64,000 nucleotides of DNA from an uncultured Methanosarcinaceae archaeon (lineage in GTDB: Archaea; Halobacteriota; Methanosarcinia; Methanosarcinales; Methanosarcinaceae): assembly GCA_963721455.1 (NCBI GenBank), contig CAVRJG010000064.1, positions 1-64,000 on the forward strand, read 5' to 3'. Made by a program: the position numbers and the translations under genes. The notes below the pieces were generated by a model, which saw only the letters and a list, made by a program, of their open reading frames with translations, searched no databases and was not told the DNA's origin. Below are positions 39,585 through 50,458 of the stretch, piece after piece (position 1 is the first letter of the stretch; each line of letters opens with the position of its first letter).

Positions 39585-42056
39585 TCAGGCTCCTGTTTCA
39601 ATCTCACCCTGCACATTATTGAGCTTCCTCATTTCCCTTATGCGCCTGGCAATGATTTCCCCGAGGTAAAGCACAAGAGCTGCAAGGAGCACATACACTT
39701 TGAGGCTCACTGGCTCGTTTGATTCCCTTTCCGAGTTCTGCCTGGCGTCCTTCAGGAGAAGGGCTCTTGCATCCTTCTCAGTGTAAATTTTCCCTCCAGT
39801 TGCAAGGATAAGAGGCTCTATATCCTTATTGAGCCCCACATCCCTGAACTCAAGCTGGTAATTTACCGCAAGCGGGTAGCCGGAGATATCGTGAATTCCG
39901 ACATTTTGGGGATTTACGCTTGCCTCGTAGGTGTTCCTTCCGGTCAGGGCAAGGTCCAGGGGGTTTCCGTCCAGTTTCAGCTTTGGGATTCCCTCATCGT
40001 ACATTGTAAGAGTCAGGTCGGAAGGAGTGCCAAGCCATGTGTCCGGGCCGTCCAGGACAGCGCCTTCTTCAGCTCTCGGGTTTCCTATTGCCCAGTTGGT
40101 AGTGCCTGAAATAAGTCTTGCACTTGAGCCGTTATAAAGGGCAGACGCCCAGCGAGAACCTTCACCTTCTCCATTGTCCGTGGTGAGGGCTGCAACCCTT
40201 CCTAACCCGAAGCGCCATGTGGTTATTACAGGCTTTCCCGTAACAGTGATAACCAGGCGCTCAGCCCCGGCTTTTGGAGTAACGTCGTTATATCCTGTGA
40301 TATTGGCGGTAAGGTTCACATTTTTCGTGATGAAGTGGTCAGGGGAATACTCAAGGAGAGGATAAGCGTCAAGTTCGACTTTTTCTTCTTCCTCCTCAGG
40401 AGTTTCTTTCGTTGGCTCAAACCCTATATTTGCCCTCTCACTCATGTTAATATGGAAATAGTTTTCTTCAAGTCCAAGTTCTTTCATTAGCTTCTCAGCA
40501 TAGTATTTTCTGGCTTGATCAGTCTGAGAAGGGGCTACCGAGCGGATATGAACAAAATACAGGTTTACACCGAGTTGCTGCAGTTCTTTTGCAGCCTCAA
40601 TACTTGGCTCGTAGGAGTCTTCGATGGCTCCGTCTGAGATGACAATGGCATCAAGTTCTCCTTCTCTACCTGTAAGCATCTCTTTTGCGATTTTGAGCCC
40701 TTCGTTCAGGGAAGTCTTGCTCTGCTCATCTGCGATCAGTCGCGAGATTTTGTCTTTCAGGATTGCCTGGTTCTGAGAAAGCCCCAGAAATACAAACCCT
40801 CCCGAAACATCATATCCCTCGCTTCCGAATGCGATAATACCGGCATTTGCATCTTTGAGATTTTCGTTCTGAACAATGGAGATAGCATTTGCCAGAATAT
40901 CTCCCTGAGTTCCGTGGGCCGCAGTACTTGGAGAGACGTCAAGGATCAGGACGATGTTCCTTCCCCCCTTATACTCGGAAGGCTTTGATAACACAGGCAG
41001 GATTTCTTCAAGAGAAGAATTAAGGTAATTCCCGTAGTTATAAGCCTGTTCTCCTCCTACGACAACCAGCCCGCCCCCCTCGCTGACATATTTTTTGATT
41101 TCTTTCATCTGGGTCTCGGAAAGGGAGTTTATGAACTGGTTGTCAAGCATGAGAACCTTGCTGCCCTCAAGAGCACCTGCTCCGGGGTAACTACTGACAA
41201 CAGAAACATTATAAAGGCTATTAAGAATCTGAGCAAGGGGAGAATTTGGCTCACTCGTAACAAGTGTAAGCTTCGGTTTGGGAATTACGTACACGGATTT
41301 GGAGAACTCATTGTTAATGCTGTTCAGGTCTTCCCCGGATGGAGTGATCTTTACACTTATATTGTGAGCGCCGAGAGTGGTGAAATCTTGGTTATATGGA
41401 ATAGTATAGTTTCGGGCATTCTGAGAAAAAGGTCCGCTTCGAACAAGCTCCCCGTCCACAGACACTTCAAGCGAATAACTGACATTTTGTTCGGAAGCCT
41501 GGCGGACAACTACCTCAAACTCGTTCCGGTTATCCACGACAACGGTCTTGTCCCCGATAACCTCGACACTCAGGTCATTTGCCTTGAGTTCGGGCTGGAC
41601 AAGGTAGACTGGAGTATCGGTTTCTTTTGCAAATTCCAGGGACTCGACAAGGCTCTTTCCGGCATTACTATTTCCATCGCTGACCAGCACTATCTGGTTG
41701 CCGCTGCCTGCATACTGGGTAATCGTTTCTCCAAGAGAAGTTTTATCCCCGGTTAGCTGAACTAGAGAAGTGGGAGTATTGGCTGTAAGGGCTTTATACA
41801 GTTCGGTGCCAGTTTCTTCAGGAAAAATACCCATACTTGCGGTCTGGTCCTGAACCAGCACAAGTGAAGGATCTTCTTCACTAGTAGTCTGTGTAACCAT
41901 AGTAAAGGGAGAAGCCAGGGCAAGGATAAGGAGGAAAGCGACCAGCATTCTCCATTCTACAAGTTTCGTTTTTGTCTTCCGCAGGAAATAGAATCCGGCA
42001 ATTATAACAGGAATTATGAGGAGAAGCATTTCCGGATGTTCAAGGGATATGTTCAT
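39585..42056 (-). CDS. vWA-domain membrane protein with GATase-like domain (MoxR operon)
   Basis: DQTASM/LVSDGNSN and LDVSPS/ISDG MIDAS-like motifs, YVSEGGGLVVVGG, N- and C-terminal TMs. Confidence 0.85.
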   Translation of the reverse strand: MNISLEHPEMLLLIIPVIIAGFYFLRKTKTKLVEWRMLVAFLLILALASPFTMVTQTTSEEDPSLVLVQDQTASMGIFPEETGTELYKALTANTPTSLVQLTGDKTSLGETITQYAGSGNQIVLVSDGNSNAGKSLVESLEFAKETDTPVYLVQPELKANDLSVEVIGDKTVVVDNRNEFEVVVRQASEQNVSYSLEVSVDGELVRSGPFSQNARNYTIPYNQDFTTLGAHNISVKITPSGEDLNSINNEFSKSVYVIPKPKLTLVTSEPNSPLAQILNSLYNVSVVSSYPGAGALEGSKVLMLDNQFINSLSETQMKEIKKYVSEGGGLVVVGGEQAYNYGNYLNSSLEEILPVLSKPSEYKGGRNIVLILDVSPSTAAHGTQGDILANAISIVQNENLKDANAGIIAFGSEGYDVSGGFVFLGLSQNQAILKDKISRLIADEQSKTSLNEGLKIAKEMLTGREGELDAIVISDGAIEDSYEPSIEAAKELQQLGVNLYFVHIRSVAPSQTDQARKYYAEKLMKELGLEENYFHINMSERANIGFEPTKETPEEEEEKVELDAYPLLEYSPDHFITKNVNLTANITGYNDVTPKAGAERLVITVTGKPVITTWRFGLGRVAALTTDNGEGEGSRWASALYNGSSARLISGTTNWAIGNPRAEEGAVLDGPDTWLGTPSDLTLTMYDEGIPKLKLDGNPLDLALTGRNTYEASVNPQNVGIHDISGYPLAVNYQLEFRDVGLNKDIEPLILATGGKIYTEKDARALLLKDARQNSERESNEPVSLKVYVLLAALVLYLGEIIARRIREMRKLNNVQGEIETGA

Positions 42057-43930
42057 AGTTCACCTCTCCCGCGTATGATCAGGATTTCGAGCAGTATGAG
42101 CAGGAACAGAACTCCTATGAGATAATCGGTAATGTCATTTTTGGCAGTGTAGGAATCAGCCTTCACAAGCTTGGGCCCATCTTCCGCAACAGCCCGCTTG
42201 ATCAATTCCGAGGCATCGACTGTAGTGTTAGATTCCCTGTCATCGTAGAGATTGACTGCAATTCTCTTCCCTGCAATCTCGTAGATCCCGGCCTCGTCAA
42301 AGAGGATACGGTTTGAAGTGAAAGTCTTTGAAGGCGTACGGATTTCCCCGGTCTTCGAAAGGGAGGTCAATGCGCCGGTTTTCAGGTTGTATTCGGAGAT
42401 ATCTCCTGCCCCACCGAGCCATTGAACAAGTTTTATCCAGAACACAGGGTACTCAGGAAGGTTGTGGAAATTGTTCCACGAGTTTTCCCCAAGTTCGTCA
42501 CTCAGCCCCATATAGAAAACAGTTCCCTTGCCCACCTGCCAGTAACTCAGTACAGGGATACCGTTTTCGAGAGTAACCAGGGTTGTCGAGCCTGTCCTTT
42601 CAGTTGCATTCAGATATTTGCGGACCGAGATTTCGTCGCTTCTAATATCCTCTGTAATACTGCTCTTCAGGGCTTCCTCAACTTTAAGCCCGTCTTCTGC
42701 ATCCTCAATCCTGAGAGGTTTCACAGGCAGGATCTTGATCAGGTCAACCTCAGTTTTCTCAGGGGTCAGGGCTCCGCTTACAATAAAGACGGCATTGCCG
42801 CCGTTCCTGACATAGCTTTCAATTTTTTCGACCGAGCTGTTAGCAATAGGGGTCTCTTTCTGCGCAAGTACAACAAGTGTGTAATTGTTAAGCTCAACAG
42901 GCACGGATTTCGAGACGGTCAGATTACTGTTCGGGAGCAGTGAGAGTGCAGTTTTCGAAGGTAATTTCCCATTATCAGTAACATAGAGTATATGCTGCTC
43001 TGAGGTATCCGGAATGGAAATATAGGCTCTATTGTCAACAGGCAGGCTATCTTCTGCATTGAGCCGGACTGTTGTGATTCCTGGCCCCAGGTTTCCCAGA
43101 GTGAACTGATTCGTCTCGCCTGCCGGGACATCAAGGGAAAAAGACGTTGAGGCGTTTCCTGAAGTCCCTCTGCCAGTCTCGATCTCAATGCTTTCGTTTT
43201 GATCTTTGTAGTTCTTAATAACACCTGTATAGCTGTATTTTCCGTCCGTGGCCTCGATCCAGCCATTGATAATTCCGATATTATCTGCAGGCTTTCCCAC
43301 TTTTACGAAATTGACTTCAATCCCGTAGGACTCAGCCAGGTTCTTGGAAGCAACAGGATCGTCTCCCTTCGAATTGGTGAAATCCGAAATAACAATAATT
43401 CTTCCCCCTTCCCTGGACAGAAGACGCATGCCTGTGGTAATTGCTGCAGACAGGTCGGCAGTGCCGGCTGCTGGCTTGACCTTCTTGAAAATGTCGTGCG
43501 CAGCTGACGCGCCTCCTCCCTCAAGGGCAAGCAGAGGTGTATCGGAAGCCAGAATTATGCTGTTTTTCTTGCTCACATAGCCGTCAGCAATCCCAACCGC
43601 ATCCTCAAAGCGGGAATCAGTCTGCATACTTGCAGATGTATCAAGGATGAGCACTGTATGCTCTCCGCTCAAAGGCTCTTCCGAGTTGTAGTAATATCCT
43701 GCTGCGCCAATGGAAAGAAGGATCAGCATCAGGAGCTGAATCAGGAAAATAGGGTCCTGCACGATTTTAGTGAGCGAGGCATAAACCCGCTTTCTTTCCC
43801 TCTCAAGTTTAAGGACAAACATGAGCGAGGGGATCGAAAGCACCGCCGGTTTTGGGCGGAGCATGTAAAGAATAATAAGCGGGATGACACTCAGGAGAGC
43901 GGCAAGAGCAAATGGGTTTTCAAAAGGCAT
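42053..43930 (-). CDS. BatA-like N-terminal + vWA domain protein
   Basis: MPFENPFALAALLSVIPLIILYML..PSLMF, LDTSASM, ISDF. Confidence 0.88.
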   Translation of the reverse strand: MPFENPFALAALLSVIPLIILYMLRPKPAVLSIPSLMFVLKLERERKRVYASLTKIVQDPIFLIQLLMLILLSIGAAGYYYNSEEPLSGEHTVLILDTSASMQTDSRFEDAVGIADGYVSKKNSIILASDTPLLALEGGGASAAHDIFKKVKPAAGTADLSAAITTGMRLLSREGGRIIVISDFTNSKGDDPVASKNLAESYGIEVNFVKVGKPADNIGIINGWIEATDGKYSYTGVIKNYKDQNESIEIETGRGTSGNASTSFSLDVPAGETNQFTLGNLGPGITTVRLNAEDSLPVDNRAYISIPDTSEQHILYVTDNGKLPSKTALSLLPNSNLTVSKSVPVELNNYTLVVLAQKETPIANSSVEKIESYVRNGGNAVFIVSGALTPEKTEVDLIKILPVKPLRIEDAEDGLKVEEALKSSITEDIRSDEISVRKYLNATERTGSTTLVTLENGIPVLSYWQVGKGTVFYMGLSDELGENSWNNFHNLPEYPVFWIKLVQWLGGAGDISEYNLKTGALTSLSKTGEIRTPSKTFTSNRILFDEAGIYEIAGKRIAVNLYDDRESNTTVDASELIKRAVAEDGPKLVKADSYTAKNDITDYLIGVLFLLILLEILIIRGRGEL

Positions 43931-43933
43931 TTT

Positions 43934-44815
43934 TTAGCGCCTCCTTCTCCTGATCGTATGGTAAAAAGCATCAAAGATAGGGGTGTCGGTTGTAAAGGTA
44001 TAGAATTCGGCCCCTGCTTTCATGCAGGCTTTTTTGATCCTTGCGTTGTGGTCATCAAGCTTTCCAAGATATCGTTCCTTGAATTTTTCACTTACATAAG
44101 TCCTGATCTCTTCCCCGGTTTCAAGGTCTACAAGCTTGCTGTTTCCCTTAAGCGGGAGCACTTTTTCCGTGGGGTCGAGCACCTGGATCAGAATAAGGTC
44201 GTGGTCAGATAGCCTGGAAACTGCTGTTTCTATTGCCTGAGGGTCCTGAAGAAAATCCGAGATAAGGATTACAAGAGACCTGGACTTGATTTCCCGGCTG
44301 TACTTTATGACTGCTTCCCCTATGGAAGTCCCACCGGACAATTGAAGTTCTGTCAACCTGTCGATTGCCCGCAAAAGGTTTTTCCGTCCACGGCTGGGTT
44401 TGTTTATATCAATTTCCTGTGTAAACGTTGAGATTGCAAACCTGTCGTTGTATTTTGTTACCATGTAGGCATAACCTGCAGCAAGCATTGCAGCATATTC
44501 GAACTTCGAAGTCCCCTTTTCAGGATAATCCATGCTTTTGCTGGCGTCCAGAAGGATATGGGTCGTAAGGGTTTTCTCTTCCTCAAACTGCCGCACATAG
44601 AGTTTTTCAGTCCTCGCATAGGCTTTCCAGTCAATGTCTTTTAAGGCATCGCTAGAGTCATACTCTCTAAACCCGATGGTATCTATGCCGTGTCCGCTTC
44701 GGGTGGACGGGCGGTTTCCGGCATAGACTGTCGATACCCTCTTCCGGACAGAGAATGTAAAGCGGTCAAGCTGCCTGAAAAAGTCCGTTTCGATTTTTTG
44801 TTTTGTGCGAGTCAT
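43934..44815 (-). CDS. DUF58 family protein
   Basis: FREY..SD..K.IDWKAYARTEKLYVRQFEEE, LDASKSM. Confidence 0.92.
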   Translation of the reverse strand: MTRTKQKIETDFFRQLDRFTFSVRKRVSTVYAGNRPSTRSGHGIDTIGFREYDSSDALKDIDWKAYARTEKLYVRQFEEEKTLTTHILLDASKSMDYPEKGTSKFEYAAMLAAGYAYMVTKYNDRFAISTFTQEIDINKPSRGRKNLLRAIDRLTELQLSGGTSIGEAVIKYSREIKSRSLVILISDFLQDPQAIETAVSRLSDHDLILIQVLDPTEKVLPLKGNSKLVDLETGEEIRTYVSEKFKERYLGKLDDHNARIKKACMKAGAEFYTFTTDTPIFDAFYHTIRRRRR

Positions 44816-44926
44816 TCTGGATCGTCAATCAAAAAGCCCGGTTTATCCCGGACCAGGAAAAACCCTTCAGGGTCGTTTAAACTTAATTTTACAGTTCAGT
44901 TTCTGGCCATCGACCATGCTCAGGTT

Positions 44927-45901
44927 TTACTTTACTTTCCTGATAATATCCTCAATAGCCTGGTCAGGGGTCATCCCGCTTCTTTCGGCTTCGAAAGTCA
45001 GGATAAGCCTGTGGCGCAGAACCGGGTATGCCATGTAATCAATATCCTCTTTGCTTACGAAATTCCTGCCCTCTATAAGGGCCCTGGCTTTTGCAGCAAG
45101 GATAAGGCCGATGGATGCCCTGGGAGAAGCCCCGTACTCGATATGCTCTTTGTCTTTTCTTGTCATGCCGACAATAGAAAGGACGCGCTGCTTGAGTTCC
45201 TCGGAAATCGGGACCTGCCTGGTAAGTTTCTGCAAATCGAGAAGTGTGGATTTATCCAGGCCCCTGGAAATCTTCGGGGTTTCGGATTTCGTATATCGGT
45301 TTATTATCTCCATTTCCTCTTCATAGGAGGGGTAATCTACAAGGATCTTTAAGAGAAAACGGTCGAGCTGGGCTTCAGGCAGCGGATATGTACCTTCCAT
45401 TTCTATGGGGTTCTGTGTGGCAAGAATAAAGAAGGGACGGTCCAGCAGGAAGGTATCGTTTCCTACTGTTACCTGCTGTTCCTGCATAGCTTCCAGCAGG
45501 GCTGATTGTGTTTTGGGGGACGCCCTGTTAATCTCATCCGCAAGGACGACATTCGCAAAAACCGGCCCTGGGGAGAACCTGAATTCTTTTCTGTTTTCTT
45601 TCTCTTCAATGACGTTTGTCCCTGTAATGTCAGAAGGCATGAGGTCAGGAGTACATTGAATCCTGCTGAACTTCAGGTTCATAGCCTTTGAGACGGTAGA
45701 GATCATAAGGGTTTTTCCAAGCCCTGGATTACTCTCCATAAGGGCGTGTCCTTCACAGAGAATTGCAATCATGATCTGTTCGATTACTCTATTCTGGCCT
45801 ACTATGACGTGCCCTATTTCTTCAAAGAAATTTTTGAAAATCCTGCCTGCGTTCTGATAGGTCGTGGCAGCCTGCCCGGAGTCAATATTATTCTCACTCA
45901 T
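44927..45901 (-). CDS. moxR: MoxR-family AAA+ ATPase
   Basis: PGLGKT, RIQCTPDLMPSDITG, DEINRASPKTQSALLEAMQE, ATQNPIEMEGTYPLPEAQLDRF. Confidence 0.95.
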   Translation of the reverse strand: MSENNIDSGQAATTYQNAGRIFKNFFEEIGHVIVGQNRVIEQIMIAILCEGHALMESNPGLGKTLMISTVSKAMNLKFSRIQCTPDLMPSDITGTNVIEEKENRKEFRFSPGPVFANVVLADEINRASPKTQSALLEAMQEQQVTVGNDTFLLDRPFFILATQNPIEMEGTYPLPEAQLDRFLLKILVDYPSYEEEMEIINRYTKSETPKISRGLDKSTLLDLQKLTRQVPISEELKQRVLSIVGMTRKDKEHIEYGASPRASIGLILAAKARALIEGRNFVSKEDIDYMAYPVLRHRLILTFEAERSGMTPDQAIEDIIRKVK

Positions 45902-46103
45902 ATTTACTTCACCCGTTAATTTGCTGTTTTCGCAGGTCTTTAAGCCCGCTTTCTACTGGATGTTATCTGCTCCTGCAACAGTGTACCATCCAGAACACAG
46001 CCTGTTATTCAAAAACTGTTTTCAGATAACTTTTGATTGAAATGAATACAGATAAGTCCATTTTCAGATAAATTTTCCACATTTTTCAGATAAATTTTCC
46101 ACA

Positions 46104-46991
46104 TTATTCTTCTGCAAGTCCTTCGAAATAGCTCTGGATAACGTTCCTGTATCCTTCCGGTAGATTATCATAATAAGCCTGAGAAGCAGCCGCTTCAGGA
46201 TTTACAAGATCCGATTGAGTAAATGATGCGTTTGTCTGGTTTCCTTCTTCCTGGCTTGTAAAGCCCTGCCCTGTGCCCGGAGGAATCTTCAGGTCAACTT
46301 CTTTGCCTTCCACCACAACAACAGCAGGCTCCCCGAAGAGACCTTCCTGGCTATCGTTATTCGAGGTGCCTCCATTTTCCTCTACAGGGTAGAGATCGGT
46401 ATTCGAATCCGAGACAAAGGGAATTTTTTCGATCACTCCATTCAGGTCAGTGGGGCTGATACTCGTCTGGTACCCGGTTCCGGCAACGTATGTGAGAAGA
46501 GAAACCGTAAACACTATTACAAGCAGGTCCTTTGCAAGCTTTCTCCTGTTAAAAAAGGACGAGGACTTTACAGGTTTTGAATCAATTATAACCCCGCCTA
46601 TAAGGTCCCGGACAATAATGTTGTCCGTATTCCGGTTATCATAGGCAGTCCTTAACCTCTCCTTGAGCACAGGGTATGTCTCTTCTATAAGGGAAATAGC
46701 ATCTTTCTTTTCAGCCCTGTAATGCCTGACGGCTGTGAGGATAAGGGAGAACGCAAAAGCCAGGAAAATAAGCCCGAGCGTTTCAAAAATAACTCCGAAA
46801 CCCAGAATATTGTATTTTGCGCCGGTATAAGGTTCGAAGGGGCTAAACATTAAAAATAAATCTCGCATATTGAAAAGCACGAAAAGGACATACAGGACGA
46901 GAAAAGTTTCAAGCAAGTCTGCAAAAGCATAGAGTCCTCTATATTTCTTCAGAACTGATTCGTGTTTGTTTACTATATCTTCAATATTCAG
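46104..46991 (-). CDS. Membrane protein, first gene of MoxR operon
   Basis: Track ORF 46104-46916 stays open upstream to a CTG at 46991 preceded by GGGAG. Motifs LKERLRTAYDN and PEGYRNVIQSYF. Confidence 0.75.
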   Translation of the reverse strand: MNIEDIVNKHESVLKKYRGLYAFADLLETFLVLYVLFVLFNMRDLFLMFSPFEPYTGAKYNILGFGVIFETLGLIFLAFAFSLILTAVRHYRAEKKDAISLIEETYPVLKERLRTAYDNRNTDNIIVRDLIGGVIIDSKPVKSSSFFNRRKLAKDLLVIVFTVSLLTYVAGTGYQTSISPTDLNGVIEKIPFVSDSNTDLYPVEENGGTSNNDSQEGLFGEPAVVVVEGKEVDLKIPPGTGQGFTSQEEGNQTNASFTQSDLVNPEAAASQAYYDNLPEGYRNVIQSYFEGLAEE

Positions 46992-47211
46992 AGCTATCTC
47001 GCTCCCTTTTGCAACCGGAAATATCGGCCGTGGTCATAAGTACGCATTGTGCACGAAACATATAAAGATACTATAGGAAGACATTCTAGAAATATACTAT
47101 AGAAAGATAGTATATAAAGGTGCACGTTTTAGGGTATGCATTTTTGCAGATTTGCACACCCATCTGAGTTTTTGTCTTTAGATTTTCACCTTTGAATATG
47201 GCAGGGATCCA

Positions 47212-48174
47212 TCATTGTCCTTTGTCAATATTCACAGAACTCAACTTTTTAAAAGTGGGATAGGAACCCAGTACCTTTAGAGTATCAGTTTTAGCCTTTA
47301 TATCTTTTAAGGCATCTTTTATAAGTGCGTCGCTGGAGTGCCCTTCAAAATCGATATAAAAATAATAGTCCCCAAGTTCCTTTTTCGAAGGCCTGGACTC
47401 GATCTTTGTCAGATTGATTTTTCTTCTCGCAAAAGCCCCGAGAATTTCGTATAATGCCCCAGGTCTGTCTTTTTCCAGATATACTATAAGGGATGTTTTG
47501 CAGGCTGAAGAGCTGCACTTCCCAGATCCGGCTTCAAGTTCAGACTCGAACTTATATCCTGATTCCGATCCGGGATGTGCTTCTCCTTTAATTTCTCCGG
47601 CAAACGAAACCTGTTCAGTTAAAGCTTTTTTTCCGGCCTTCAAAACAATGAAACGGGTGTAGTTTTCTTTCCTATCCTGAATATTTGAGAGGAGAACCTT
47701 CAGCCCATAGCACTCTGCAGCCTCAGGGGAGGCTATTGCTGCCATTTCTTCAAATTCTCCCGCAAGCCTGGCTGCGTGGGAAGTGCTGCCCGTGCTCCTG
47801 AGTTCGGCATCAGGAAAATGTTTCTTCAGGAAATGCCTGCACTGGGCAAGCCCCTGCGGATGTGAGAGTATGACCCTTACCTTTTCAGGCCCGCCTTTCG
47901 AGAGCAGGCAGTGCTCGATTTTGACAACCATCTCCCCAATTATCTCAGCCTCGTTCTCGAGAAGGAGGTCGAGAGTGACGCCTACCGAACCTTCAATAGA
48001 GTTTTCTATCGGTATTATCGAGATGTCTGATTTCCCCTGGACCGCCGCCAGAAATGCATCCTCTATATCTGCAAAATACCGGAGTTCGACGCCGCTCATG
48101 CCGTATTTCAGAATCCACGACTTTGCAGCTTTTTCCGAGTACGAGCCTTCAGGCCCCATTACGCCTACAATCAT
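47212..48174 (-). CDS. pheA: Prephenate dehydratase
   Basis: MIVGVMGPEGSYSE (start 48174), PIENSIEGSV, SHPQGLAQC, NYTRF, ACT domain LTKIESRP. Confidence 0.95.
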   Translation of the reverse strand: MIVGVMGPEGSYSEKAAKSWILKYGMSGVELRYFADIEDAFLAAVQGKSDISIIPIENSIEGSVGVTLDLLLENEAEIIGEMVVKIEHCLLSKGGPEKVRVILSHPQGLAQCRHFLKKHFPDAELRSTGSTSHAARLAGEFEEMAAIASPEAAECYGLKVLLSNIQDRKENYTRFIVLKAGKKALTEQVSFAGEIKGEAHPGSESGYKFESELEAGSGKCSSSACKTSLIVYLEKDRPGALYEILGAFARRKINLTKIESRPSKKELGDYYFYIDFEGHSSDALIKDALKDIKAKTDTLKVLGSYPTFKKLSSVNIDKGQ

Positions 48175-48441
48175 TTGAGGAGTTAATTGGGGGGATGGTA
48201 ATAATATTTTTTGATGCCCGAGTTGCGTCAGCAGAGTTGCGGCTCTGCAGTGCGCTGTCCTTTTCGCTGCGCTCAAGAGGACTAAGAGCCTATCCGAAAA
48301 GTGATTACCTGCTGTAACTTTTACAATATGCAATATGCAAAACCGGAACGGATACTCTGATATTATAGATCTATTATGACTTTTCAACATGCATTGTTGG
48401 CTTTTCGGATAGGCTTTAATTTAAAGGTTGAAAAGAGTTGA

Positions 48442-48520
48442 AACCACTGAAAGCACGGAAAACGCGGAATAAAGGAAAAAAGGCACAGTTCTTCCGTGAT
48501 TCCCATGTTTTCCGTTGTTA
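48442..48520. repeat. Dispersed palindromic repeat (family A)
   Basis: ACCACTGAAAGCACGGAAAACGCGGAA...TTCCGTG..TTTTCCGTTGTT. Related copies at 55683-55751 and 59977-60171. Confidence 0.7.
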
Positions 48521-48637
48521 TAGTAGTCCGAATTTGGTTTTTCCATGCCCGTCCGTGGTTATAGAGTATTGAATGAATTTTTCCGTGCCCTCGGGGATTA
48601 TAGAGCCCGGATTTGGCAGCTTGCTGCCGTCTCTGAG

Positions 48638-50134
48638 TTAATAACTGCGTTCAACGGTGTAGGAAACTTTCTTTGAGCCGTTTGCGGGCACGGTTACCAC
48701 CCATTCAGCGATAAAGGCGTCTTTTTTCTCGTATGTGTCAGAGCTGGTTGTGATTTCCCAATCCCCGTAGAAATGCTCTACAATCTTTACTTTCTGGGCT
48801 TCGGATTTATGGTTCTTGAGTTCTATTTCGTAACTTTCCCTCCAGACATCCGAGCTTACCTTATTGTAATTGGTCTGGGTTCTCGTGCCGGTTACATCAA
48901 AAGCGCTTCCGACAACGACCTTTATCTCTTCATCTTTTGGGGTATGGTCTATCTTGTCTTCTCCCAGAAACTGGAGCTGCCCTCCGGAGTCAGCTTTGTA
49001 TACTCTCAGAACGCCGGCAGGAAGAGGCATCCCAAGGCCTTTTTCTTTTGAGTTATTCAGGTTCAGGACGACCTGGACGTTATTGTTTTTCGAGACATCA
49101 AAAACGAGTTCCTTTTTCACAGGTACGGAATCTGCGGAGAGCAGAGAAAGCTGTTTTACCTGGTTATTCTTCAGGGTAGCCGGCCTTTCAAGTGTGTAGA
49201 GATGATACTCAAAGAGGGATTCCTCAACAAAGCTGTCCTTAGCCTCTGACGTTACTGCTCCTTCGGCAGGCATCTCTGAAGCATAGTTAGGCGCGGGCAC
49301 AGCTACGCGGTGGACTTCTCCTGCAACCAGTTTCAGTTTGGCATCTTTATAGGTTGTCCCTGCTCCATTGTCGACACTGACCCAGCCCTGGATGTCGGCC
49401 TTCGTATCATCTGCGCTGGTTTTCACGATATAGTCTGCCCTCCAGCTCATCCCGCCTGTAAGATAGGAAGTGAGGACATTCCGCTTGCCTGCAGCAGGGG
49501 AATAGACCTCCCATACAAGGGTAGGTTTTGTAAGCAGGTCTGCAGAATCAGGAAATTCCACTTTGGTGACTTCGGAAAGAGTTACGACTTTGCCGTCATT
49601 CAACTTGAGCACTACCCCGCCGTCATGGCTCAGCAAAGTCCCTGTATACGTCCCTCCTTCTTTTTCGGTTGCAGTAATTTCCTTGTCCAGGAACTTTTCC
49701 AGAAGCTTCTGACTGCTCACGAGATCGTATTCGTAGTTCTGTTCCAGTACAGCAGTATCCTTATTTTTTGTGTCCTCAAACATTACTGACGTAGGGTCAA
49801 TAAGGGCAGCAACATCCGTATATTCGACCCGGTTGACTCCGGAGTTAAGGTCAAGTTCCCTCCTTTCTTTTACAAGGGCAAGGTCATCATTATAAACAGT
49901 AACTTCAGTAGCCGAATCAGTTGCCTCAGCACCTGCTGTAAGGATCTCCAGAGGATTTGAAAGTTGTACCTTAGTAACCATGTTTGAACCGGATTCGATT
50001 CCGTTAATTGCAGCTTCAGGTCTATTTACCTGAGCTGTATTTCCTGCAGAAGCATGGTACAGGAAAGCTGCAGTTGCGGTTACGATACAGATGAATGCCA
50101 GCATAAGCCACACATAACTCTTCTTTGTTTTCAT
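48638..50134 (-). CDS. DUF4139-domain secreted protein
   Basis: Signal peptide, VTVYNDDLALVKE, SYLTGGMSWRADY, GMPLPAG..RVY, GEDKIDHTP. Confidence 0.88.
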   Translation of the reverse strand: MKTKKSYVWLMLAFICIVTATAAFLYHASAGNTAQVNRPEAAINGIESGSNMVTKVQLSNPLEILTAGAEATDSATEVTVYNDDLALVKERRELDLNSGVNRVEYTDVAALIDPTSVMFEDTKNKDTAVLEQNYEYDLVSSQKLLEKFLDKEITATEKEGGTYTGTLLSHDGGVVLKLNDGKVVTLSEVTKVEFPDSADLLTKPTLVWEVYSPAAGKRNVLTSYLTGGMSWRADYIVKTSADDTKADIQGWVSVDNGAGTTYKDAKLKLVAGEVHRVAVPAPNYASEMPAEGAVTSEAKDSFVEESLFEYHLYTLERPATLKNNQVKQLSLLSADSVPVKKELVFDVSKNNNVQVVLNLNNSKEKGLGMPLPAGVLRVYKADSGGQLQFLGEDKIDHTPKDEEIKVVVGSAFDVTGTRTQTNYNKVSSDVWRESYEIELKNHKSEAQKVKIVEHFYGDWEITTSSDTYEKKDAFIAEWVVTVPANGSKKVSYTVERSY

Positions 50135-50458
50135 AAAAGAGAAATAGGTAACTGTCTTATTTATATGTGACTTTGACTGCGGACATGTTTGAAGTTATTG
50201 TCCAATTTCTGATTTTTCAAAAGGATGGGGACAATGTGAAATCTATTTTCTTTGACAATCAGAGTAATGAGGTGGCACACAGTTATAATAATATACACCA
50301 AGACATAATTAATAATTTGTAATAGTTGCTGGAAAAATCCGGGGAATAAATTGAATGATAGAAAAAGATCCGGAAAATGAATTAGACAATAAAACAAGAT
50401 CTGAAAAATAAATTAGACAATAAAACAAGATCTGGAAAATAATTAAGGATTCATTTTC

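Noticed and set aside
48175-48390. 72-aa N-terminal extension of PheA
   Set aside because: Family homology starts at MIVGVMGPEG (48174), and the extension looks like untranslated sequence.
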